IMG/VR virus record: IMGVR_UViG_3300015265_000001
Coordinates: 1-64,000 of that record
DNA: 64,000 bases
Direction: 5' to 3' (one strand)
The notes under the pieces: generated by a model
Told to the model about the DNA's origin: nothing
The model's database searches: none
The model's input: the letters and a program-made list of their open reading frames with translations, nothing else
Position numbers and translations under genes: made by a program
Part shown: positions 56,072-63,506 of the stretch, in pieces
Numbering within the stretch: position 1 is the first letter of the stretch
Layout: every line of letters begins with the position of its first letter

Positions 56072-59000
56072 ATGGATACAACCGCTAACACGGTAGACGA
56101 GGGTAAGCTCAAGTTTGCCAAAGACCTCATGAACTATCTTGGGGCACAGAACCTTCCACGTGAATTGATCGACGACCGTAAGAACCGAATTGATTGGGAG
56201 AAGCGCACCGAAGACGAACTGGTCATGGCTCACTTCAATGAAGACAGTCTGTTCAAGATCAAGACAGTTCGTTTCCTGAAGGACTTCGCTCGTTACGGCG
56301 CTATCCCGGACAAGACTACTCGTAACACCAGTTTCATTCGCACTGCTGAGATCTTCAGACAGCAGGGCATTAAGAACTTCAACTTCATCCTGCAACTGAA
56401 CAACCCCGCGCTAATCGGTGTAGACCCTTATGCCGAAGACTTGACCAATGAGCAAAAGCTCATGATCATGTACGAATGCGAAAACAACTTCTGGTACTTC
56501 CTCCGCGAAGTTTGTAAGCTGCGGGCTGACCGCCAGTTCCTGGCGAATCGCGGCAACATCAGTTTTATCTGGAACTACCTGAACCATATCACCCAGTACA
56601 TGATCATGCCTCGCCAGCAAGGTAAGTACCAGGACGATAACGATAAGGTTCGCATGGCGGACGGGACCTGGTCGCGGATTGGCGACCTGCAAGCAGGCGA
56701 TCAGGTTATTGACCGTTATGGCAAGAAGTCTACGGTCATTGGCATCCATGCTCAGGGTATCAAGCGTCTGTACAAGGTATACGCCAGCGATGGTCGTTAT
56801 GTAAGTGCGGGTCCAGAACACCTGTGGACGTTGGCTGACCATAGCCGCAGTGTTAACGGTGAGCCTGTCTGGGACGACTACAGTACCGCCGAGATGATCA
56901 CCAAACTCAAGGATGGGGTTAAGCTTGAGTTCCCGTTGATTGAAACCGAGAAAGGTGAGGCCAAGGACTTCAAGGTTCATCCGTATGTCATGGGGACTTT
57001 GATTGGCGGTCAACGCATTGGCAGTTTCCTGCTGATCAAGAAAGTCTCGGATGCTTGCGATGCTTTCCTCATGGAGAATCTTCCTGAGGGATTGGAACTC
57101 GTTTGCAAAGGTAATCGTCGGGAAATCCATTCCACTGATGAGAACGTCAAGATCTCGTTTGATCCAGACATGGGTGTGCCGGCTGCGTACCTGGAAGGTG
57201 CCTGGGAAGATCGTCTGCTGCTGTTACAGGCGTTTCTGGATCAAGGGGTAGTCGGCGATGAGGGTGTGATCTACAAGACCACCAGCAGGCTTGTAGGCGG
57301 TCATGTGCAATACCTTGCTCGTGGCCTTGGTGGTACTGCTCTGAAAGAGGGTAGCGAGTTTACCGTGACTCTGCCGGCATCTATGGCCTTGTTTAAGTAC
57401 AAGCCTGTGGAGGACGAGTTTGTATTCGAGAACCGTTTGTTTGTAGATCGGATCGAGTACTACGGTGAAGCCCCTTGTACCTGCATTGAAGTGGATAACG
57501 AGGAACACCTCTACGTTACCGATGACTTCCTGGTAACCCACAACACGGTATCGGTTCAGGTGATTGCATTCTGGCTGACGTACATCATGGGTCGAGGTTA
57601 TAAGTCTCACCTGGTAACCCTGAAGTCGGATAACCGGGCTCAGTTCATTGACGCGATCAAGAAGATCCGGACGTGTCTGCCGAAGTACCTGGTTAACCCA
57701 ACCTGGAAGGACAAGGATGCGGGTAACTACCTGACGTATAAAGCGTTTGGGGAGGAGCACGTTAACACCCTGACCATCTCGGTACCACAGATGGGTGAAG
57801 ACGCCGCAGGTGACCTTGGACGGGGTCTCACGGTAGGCACCACGAACTACGACGAGCCAGGTTACATCAACTGGATCGAGGCGATCATCAACGGATGCTC
57901 TCCTTCTGCTTTGACAGAGATGGAGATTTGTCGTGACAGTGGGATTCCTTACGGGATCAGTTACATCACGACACCGAACACGACTCTTCACCCAAGCGGT
58001 GAGTTCATGTTCGAGAAGCTGATGACCTCCACCGAGTGGCGTGAGAAGTTCTTTGACTCCTACAGCGAAAGTCATCTGAAGATGCGTCTGCTGAAAGCGT
58101 CTCCGAAGAAGACCACGTCGCCATCTGTGGCTCTGGTGTATAACTACCTGCAACTGGGTAAAGACAAAGCCTGGGTACGCGAAACGATTGACAGCCTGAA
58201 CCTCAGTTTGGCTAAGGCGAAGATCGACTTGCTCCTGATGTGGGTTGAAGACGGTGAGAACCGTGTGTTCGACGACATCACTCGTGAAGCGATTAACAAC
58301 GTGAAGCGGGATAAGGTTTGGAGTAAGGAGTATCGTGACACGGGTCTGTTTGTAGACTTCTTTGTCACGCAGCAAGAACTGCTGGAGATGGCGAAGAAGA
58401 GCCATAACGACTTCTTCCTCATTGGGGTGGATACCTCATCGGCTATCAACAAGGACGCCTGTACGCTGATTATCCGCAGTATGCGAACCGGTAAGGTAAT
58501 TGGGGTGGGTCGTTATCAGTTGGCGTTCCTGGACGATGTGACGGGCATTATCGTCGACATGTTGTCTACTCTGGAAAACAGTCTGCTGGTGATTGAGCGT
58601 AACTATGCTCACCACATGATCGATAACCTGCTGGTGATGTTGCCAGCTAAAGGGATGGATCCGTTCGCCAAGATCTATAACCAGATCTTCCAGGATCCGG
58701 TCAACCACTCGAAAGAGTATGAGGCGGTACAGCACACCAAGTTCGCCCACCGCAGTAAGAGCTTCTACCTGAAATACAAACAGTTCTTTGGGTTCAACAC
58801 CACGGCTAAATCCCGTGAGACCCTGTACGGTTTGATTCAGGAAGCTGTGGGGGTAACAGGGTATGGGCTGAACTACGATCGACTTGCAGATGAGTTGATC
58901 AACCTCAAAACCAAGGGAGACCGTATTGACCACGACAGTAAACAGCACGATGACTTGGTTATCGCCTGGCTGCTGACGTACTGGTTCATCAAGCTGGGGC

Positions 59001-59329
59001 AGAACAAACCGATGTACGGGATCCCTACCGGGATTCAGTTGTCGGACACTGTTAACCTGCTGGATGCTGGTAAGCGGAAGAATCAACCTGATGTGGATCC
59101 GAGCATCATCTCCTTCATGGACAATATCAAGAAACGTGTACAGAAGTTGACGGAAGAGTTGTTGAACACCAACGACAATATCCTGGCTATGCGTCTGGAA
59201 GCTGAGATTAACAAGCTCAGCAGAATGTTGCCTCCAGACACGGCTAAGCTCCTGACCGTAGATAGTCTCCTTGAAGACGCTAAACTCGAAAGGGCTAAGC
59301 GGATGCTGCGGGAACGTAAACGCGCGTAA
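56072..59329 (+). CDS. terL: Terminase large subunit (phiKZ gp25-like), intein-containing
   Basis: NFWYFLRE, Walker A PRQQGK|T split by an intein, GRGLT…YDE Walker B, and nuclease motifs IGVDTS, VIERN and HDDLVIAWLL. Confidence 0.92.
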   Translation: MDTTANTVDEGKLKFAKDLMNYLGAQNLPRELIDDRKNRIDWEKRTEDELVMAHFNEDSLFKIKTVRFLKDFARYGAIPDKTTRNTSFIRTAEIFRQQGIKNFNFILQLNNPALIGVDPYAEDLTNEQKLMIMYECENNFWYFLREVCKLRADRQFLANRGNISFIWNYLNHITQYMIMPRQQGKYQDDNDKVRMADGTWSRIGDLQAGDQVIDRYGKKSTVIGIHAQGIKRLYKVYASDGRYVSAGPEHLWTLADHSRSVNGEPVWDDYSTAEMITKLKDGVKLEFPLIETEKGEAKDFKVHPYVMGTLIGGQRIGSFLLIKKVSDACDAFLMENLPEGLELVCKGNRREIHSTDENVKISFDPDMGVPAAYLEGAWEDRLLLLQAFLDQGVVGDEGVIYKTTSRLVGGHVQYLARGLGGTALKEGSEFTVTLPASMALFKYKPVEDEFVFENRLFVDRIEYYGEAPCTCIEVDNEEHLYVTDDFLVTHNTVSVQVIAFWLTYIMGRGYKSHLVTLKSDNRAQFIDAIKKIRTCLPKYLVNPTWKDKDAGNYLTYKAFGEEHVNTLTISVPQMGEDAAGDLGRGLTVGTTNYDEPGYINWIEAIINGCSPSALTEMEICRDSGIPYGISYITTPNTTLHPSGEFMFEKLMTSTEWREKFFDSYSESHLKMRLLKASPKKTTSPSVALVYNYLQLGKDKAWVRETIDSLNLSLAKAKIDLLLMWVEDGENRVFDDITREAINNVKRDKVWSKEYRDTGLFVDFFVTQQELLEMAKKSHNDFFLIGVDTSSAINKDACTLIIRSMRTGKVIGVGRYQLAFLDDVTGIIVDMLSTLENSLLVIERNYAHHMIDNLLVMLPAKGMDPFAKIYNQIFQDPVNHSKEYEAVQHTKFAHRSKSFYLKYKQFFGFNTTAKSRETLYGLIQEAVGVTGYGLNYDRLADELINLKTKGDRIDHDSKQHDDLVIAWLLTYWFIKLGQNKPMYGIPTGIQLSDTVNLLDAGKRKNQPDVDPSIISFMDNIKKRVQKLTEELLNTNDNILAMRLEAEINKLSRMLPPDTAKLLTVDSLLEDAKLERAKRMLRERKRA
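56627..57544 (+). mobile_element. Class-3 intein (306 aa, Tyr1) in the terminase Walker A, with a degenerate LAGLIDADG endonuclease
   Basis: GK|YQDDNDKVRMADGTWSRIGDLQAGDQV…AGPEHLW…PYVMGTLIGG…RLLLLQAFLD…YLARGLGG…CTCIEVDNEEHLYVTDDFLVTHN|T. Confidence 0.9.
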
Positions 59330-59336
59330 ACACCTA

Positions 59337-59370
59337 AGCCCTGGAGCCTCCTTACGGGGGCTCCAGGGTT
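59337..59370. terminator. ~15-bp hairpin between convergent genes, followed by TTATGGCTG
   Basis: AGCCCTGGAGCCTCC-ttac-GGGGGCTCCAGGGTT (includes G-U pairs). Confidence 0.75.
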
Positions 59371-59377
59371 ATGGCTG

Positions 59378-60061
59378 TTATTCGACTGAACTGTGTGTAA
59401 CGGTCAGTGCTTTGATAACGCACACTGACCCATCATCAGCTGCGGTGGTATCAGAGTAGTCGACCTGGTTATAGACGCCGCCATGAAATTGCAGCAGTTG
59501 TCTTTGCCAGGAGTAGTTCATTTGCAGATTGCACGGTTCGAATGCTACCCCGTTGCAAGTACCATTGATCTGCACTTTACCGCTTCGGGTCACCCCGATA
59601 TTAAGTTTGAATTTGGTGCCCAGTGGAACGCCTGCGCAAACAGTAACGTTTTCAATATCCGGGCGATCAAAGCTAGCTCGGAAACCAGCGGTGATATTAC
59701 CCCGGTTCCAGAACACTTTCAGTGGAGGGGTGTTTGCGTCCTTGACATGGATCTGGGCGATGACAACCTTTTGCGCCGAGTTGACCTTTTCCAGGATCAT
59801 CTCTTGGCGGCTCCAGTGACGATCCGTACTACTCAGAGACCAGTACGCGGATTCCTTCCATTCACAGCGTGTGCGTTTAACGCTCTTACTCGATGCTCCA
59901 AGGGTCAAGGCGGTCATCTGGAGAGATCCGTCTTCCAATAAACGAATCACCTCAGGACAGCGTTCCAGGGCTTCCAGGCCAGGTATTTCGAGAGCTACCG
60001 GGTTGGTATCTGAAACGGGTAGTGGTGTAGCAATGAGAAAGTTGCTGATGTCAACAGACAT
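59378..60061 (-). CDS. Polysaccharide lyase family 7 (alginate lyase)
   Basis: All three PL7 signature regions are present: RTRCEWKE (RxELR-like), IAQIH, and FHGGVYNQ (YFKAGxYxQ-like); no signal peptide. Confidence 0.85.
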   Translation of the reverse strand: MSVDISNFLIATPLPVSDTNPVALEIPGLEALERCPEVIRLLEDGSLQMTALTLGASSKSVKRTRCEWKESAYWSLSSTDRHWSRQEMILEKVNSAQKVVIAQIHVKDANTPPLKVFWNRGNITAGFRASFDRPDIENVTVCAGVPLGTKFKLNIGVTRSGKVQINGTCNGVAFEPCNLQMNYSWQRQLLQFHGGVYNQVDYSDTTAADDGSVCVIKALTVTHSSVE

Positions 60062-60102
60062 GACGGTCTCGCAATTAGTGGGCGTATCGAAATTAAGGAA
60101 TT

Positions 60103-60143
60103 TAACTCCCGCCCTAGCCCGTTAAGACTAGGGGTAGGAGTTA
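60103..60143 (-). terminator. Imperfect hairpin between the 60163-60594 gene and the lyase
   Basis: TAACTCCCGCCCTAG…CTAGGGGTAGGAGTTA. Confidence 0.45.
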
Positions 60144-60162
60144 GGGGAGGAGTTACATAAAA

Positions 60163-60594
60163 TTAGAACCACTCCGTACGTTCGATGATCACGTTGAGCA
60201 TGGTTTCCATACAGGACAGTTGTGACACCATCAGCTGTATTTCCCATTCAGTAACGTGAAAGGTATCCACGTCATTGATCTCTTTTTTCAGTGCAGCGAT
60301 GTCATGCTCCAGCTGGACTTTCTTGGCGAAAACCTTTTGTTGCTCTGGAGTGTATTTTCTCATGTCGCCCATATTGAGGTAGGCATTTTCATGCTGTTCC
60401 TTGGGCGACCAGGAGATGTAGCCTTCGTGATTAGGATGGTTAGGTTTCCCTCCATCCAGGTACTCGACCAAATAGCCTTCATCAGTGCCATCTTCATCAG
60501 CTGGGAGATCCCAGCCTCTGTAATCGTTGTACGCCAATCTTGTCATTGGCTCTGACTTAACGATTTTCGTTCCTACGAAGTGTTGAAGAACCAT
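60163..60594 (-). CDS. Two-domain phage protein: GTK…GYLVEY…GYISWSPK N-domain plus a crAss001_48-like helical C-domain
   Basis: N-terminal FVGTKIVKSEPMT…EGYLVEY…GYISWSPKEQHENAY; C-terminal QQKV…L…QLMVSQLSCM…IIER…F. Confidence 0.7.
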   Translation of the reverse strand: MVLQHFVGTKIVKSEPMTRLAYNDYRGWDLPADEDGTDEGYLVEYLDGGKPNHPNHEGYISWSPKEQHENAYLNMGDMRKYTPEQQKVFAKKVQLEHDIAALKKEINDVDTFHVTEWEIQLMVSQLSCMETMLNVIIERTEWF

Positions 60595-60610
60595 GACTGG
60601 TCTCCGTGTG

Positions 60611-61177
60611 TTAAGAGTTGAGTAGCATGCTCACATCAGAGCGACCCCCGTTACCAAACTCGTACTGTACGTACTTGAAACGAGACATGGCGTCGCCCAT
60701 ACGTTGAGCCCGTGTTTCAAACAGCTCGAAGTAACCTTCAACGAGGTCGACCTCATCCACTCCTTTTACAAGGATTACTCCCGCTGGATAAGCGACCCCA
60801 CCCAGGGATTGTAACATCTCCAGGTTTTCTTTCAAGACAGTCTGGAAGGAGTCCATGCGGTAATCCATCCAGCGCATGTCATGAATCAACCCGCCCTTAA
60901 CCAGCACAACTTCGTACTGACTGAGAGCGGGAAGCAGGGTTTCTTTGTAGAACTTTGAACGTGCCTCAAGAAGAGCCACGATCTTTTCTTCGTTGCTCTT
61001 ATCGGGGTGAGTGAGGGTCATCCAGAGTTCACGGTCGTCCGACAGGGCGTTGGATCCCACACCAACGTCAGAACAGATACCAACAGTCTTACCTTCGAGG
61101 GTCAGCTTGTCTTTGATCTGGTCAATAGCGGCCGCCACGGTCAAGTCGTTCTGACCATCCACGTTAAAGTAATGCAT
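60611..61177 (-). CDS. Thymidylate-kinase-like protein lacking the P-loop (putative pseudokinase)
   Basis: By eye it is colinear with the TMK at 43466 (LLEARSKFYKETLLPALSQYEVVLV vs LNAARVDHVEKVIKPSMAEGKIVLC), but it has no GxGKT or DR motif. Confidence 0.5.
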   Translation of the reverse strand: MHYFNVDGQNDLTVAAAIDQIKDKLTLEGKTVGICSDVGVGSNALSDDRELWMTLTHPDKSNEEKIVALLEARSKFYKETLLPALSQYEVVLVKGGLIHDMRWMDYRMDSFQTVLKENLEMLQSLGGVAYPAGVILVKGVDEVDLVEGYFELFETRAQRMGDAMSRFKYVQYEFGNGGRSDVSMLLNS

Positions 61178-61188
61178 TGAAACACTCC

Positions 61189-62658
61189 TTACTCAAAATA
61201 ATCCTTGCTCAGGATACGCAGCACAATGTACAGACACAGTGCGGTGCGTACCAGTTGCACGGTTTGTTGGGTTTTAACGCCCGTACGTTCTTTGACGATC
61301 TCGTCGCCAAGGGTTCGGATAACCTTTACGGTATCGTTCTTGCTACGAGGAGCCCCGTAGGCACCACGCATTTTCACCAAGACGTCATACACGTTGGTTT
61401 TCTTAATACCATTGGTGTGCAGGTATTCAAACATGTGCTGAAGTACTGCATCAGCAAACTGTTTGTATTCCGGTTTCTTCGGGTTGTTGTACAGCGCAGG
61501 AAACTGCTGAATCACATACGCCAACTTATCCCGAGGAGTGCCTTCCAGCGCATCTGCCGAATACTTGATCAGCTCGTCCTTGTAAAACGAGGTTTCTTCG
61601 GTGAGGATGCGATCGAGGTAAAGACCGTACTGGGTAACTTCTTTGGTCTGAGACTTCAGCGCCAGTTCATCGCCCAGGTTTACCTTAGCCCCGTCGATGC
61701 GCACGATGTCGAGTTTGTTCTTGACGTCGTGGAAGACCTTGTTGATGTCGTTGATCGCCCGACGCAACCGGTTCTGGATATCCCCGACCATGTAGACGAT
61801 TTTCTTGTCGTCGTCCATTTTGGTGAAAGCGTCGTAGTGGATACCGGTCTTTGGGTTGATGATGAACTCAGCCCGCGCCTCGATCAATGCCCGCCAGCTG
61901 CCGTAACGCTTGATGTCGTATTTCAGACTCAGGCGGTTGTAGGTCTCCATCACGACTTCTTTGCGAGCCATGAACGGATAGTCGTTGTGAATGATCGAGG
62001 TCAAACACTTGTAGTGATACATCGACAAGATATCGATCATCGCCTGGTGCTTGGTGTCCTTGCTCAGACTCGACTTGTTGACCCGGTACAGCAGGTATGG
62101 AATGGTCAGGTTGAAGGTATCACCCACAACACTCCATTCCTTGTTCACCGCTTTGGCTGCGTGGAGGTTCTCTTTGAGTTCCTCTTCGTCGACGTCAAAG
62201 ATCTCAGAGAACCACTGGTTACGGTCCGCTGTGGTGAAGGTGATCTTGTGCAGTCCCAGGTAGGGAGAACCGAAGAACTCCATATGGCTGACCACGCCCA
62301 CGCTGCGGGTTACGAATGCATACACGTAACGACGCAGTGCCTTGGCCCACTTCTCATCCACAACCAAGAAGTCGCCGAACTTGTTGCAGATGTCGAGGAT
62401 GGCGTGGTTGGTTTCGAAGTTGACGTCCTTCAGCAGAGCCTCGGCGCCGGTTACCGATTGGATCTCGTTGTTATCCAACGGATACAGGTAAAGACCACCC
62501 TGCGCCAGGATGCTGTGTTGTTCCATCCCTTCGAACAGACTGAGTACGTCTTCATTCAGATAGTTGAGACGATCCCAGTATTCACGTTCAGCCGATTCGG
62601 CCGCTCGATTGCTACTGAGGTCCTCCGGGTTGTACTGTTTCGGTAAAGTGGCGAACAT
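61189..62658 (-). CDS. Conserved jumbo-phage protein, probably a virion head protein
   Basis: 489 aa; acidic N-terminal propeptide-like segment ending VTGAE|A (E73); HMEFFGSPYLG and L.LKYDIKRYGSW motifs. Confidence 0.65.
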   Translation of the reverse strand: MFATLPKQYNPEDLSSNRAAESAEREYWDRLNYLNEDVLSLFEGMEQHSILAQGGLYLYPLDNNEIQSVTGAEALLKDVNFETNHAILDICNKFGDFLVVDEKWAKALRRYVYAFVTRSVGVVSHMEFFGSPYLGLHKITFTTADRNQWFSEIFDVDEEELKENLHAAKAVNKEWSVVGDTFNLTIPYLLYRVNKSSLSKDTKHQAMIDILSMYHYKCLTSIIHNDYPFMARKEVVMETYNRLSLKYDIKRYGSWRALIEARAEFIINPKTGIHYDAFTKMDDDKKIVYMVGDIQNRLRRAINDINKVFHDVKNKLDIVRIDGAKVNLGDELALKSQTKEVTQYGLYLDRILTEETSFYKDELIKYSADALEGTPRDKLAYVIQQFPALYNNPKKPEYKQFADAVLQHMFEYLHTNGIKKTNVYDVLVKMRGAYGAPRSKNDTVKVIRTLGDEIVKERTGVKTQQTVQLVRTALCLYIVLRILSKDYFE

Positions 62659-63506
62659 CAGAATCTCCTTGGAACAGAGCGACGTACCGCGTCAGTCACA
62701 CGTTGACGATCACTGTAAGCCATGCGCTTGGTCCATTCAGTCGTGAGGTATTCATGGTAGTCCTTCCAGGCATCTCGGTATTCCAAGATATCGTCCTTGA
62801 TGTCGCTCAAACTGACACCACTACGGATGATGGCTTCCTGGGTAGGTCGGCGGCAGGTGCGATAGATATACGCCTTAACTGCCAGTTCCACGAGGTGAGC
62901 AAAGTGTTCATGTTGGCGTGTCGAAATACTGCTCAAACCTTCGTCATACTCCAGGATCATTTTGGCCGACATCGAGTAAGTACCCGAGTTCAAACCAAAG
63001 ATCACGAAGCAGTTGTTGCCGGTCATGTGGATGTTGTTGTAAGTCACCGGCATCTGACGGTTGGAACTGAGGCTGTCGATCAACGCTTCAGTCATGTCCG
63101 TGATCGAGCCCTGACCGCACATGTCGTTGGTATTGGTGCTCATGCCCAGCATACCAGTCGACGAGGTCATCGAACCCAGGTAGATCTCGGTAACCGAAAT
63201 GATCTTGCGACCACCGGTAACGATATCCGGTACGTTGACTTCGATGCAGGCGTTACCCAAGTCGCGGATACGAGCGCCGCTCAGGTCAATGAACTCAGTC
63301 TTACCGCCGTTGGCATTGCAAGCCGGCAGTACAGTACGGTGAATCACTTTCTCACGAATGCCTTGCTCCACGGTGGTGTGGTTCACAAGGTTGTACCAGT
63401 TGCCTGCGAAGTTACCGTTGGGGGCTTCGAAAGCAAGTTTAAGCAGGTAGTCGTCGATGTCACAGTTCGTGACCCGATTGATGGCATAGTCCACCGCATT
63501 ACTCAT
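62658..63506 (-). CDS. Virion structural protein (phiKZ gp32-like)
   Basis: MSNAVDYAI…I…LKLAF, V…VLP.CN..GG and LVELAVKAYIY motifs; GGAG RBS. Confidence 0.65.
   Translation of the reverse strand: MSNAVDYAINRVTNCDIDDYLLKLAFEAPNGNFAGNWYNLVNHTTVEQGIREKVIHRTVLPACNANGGKTEFIDLSGARIRDLGNACIEVNVPDIVTGGRKIISVTEIYLGSMTSSTGMLGMSTNTNDMCGQGSITDMTEALIDSLSSNRQMPVTYNNIHMTGNNCFVIFGLNSGTYSMSAKMILEYDEGLSSISTRQHEHFAHLVELAVKAYIYRTCRRPTQEAIIRSGVSLSDIKDDILEYRDAWKDYHEYLTTEWTKRMAYSDRQRVTDAVRRSVPRRF

Noticed and set aside
59960-59996. ALE/GLE/ALE protease-like motifs in the alginate lyase, suggesting head packaging
   Set aside because: They lie within what appears to be the folded PL7 N-terminal region, and such 3-residue motifs are common by chance.
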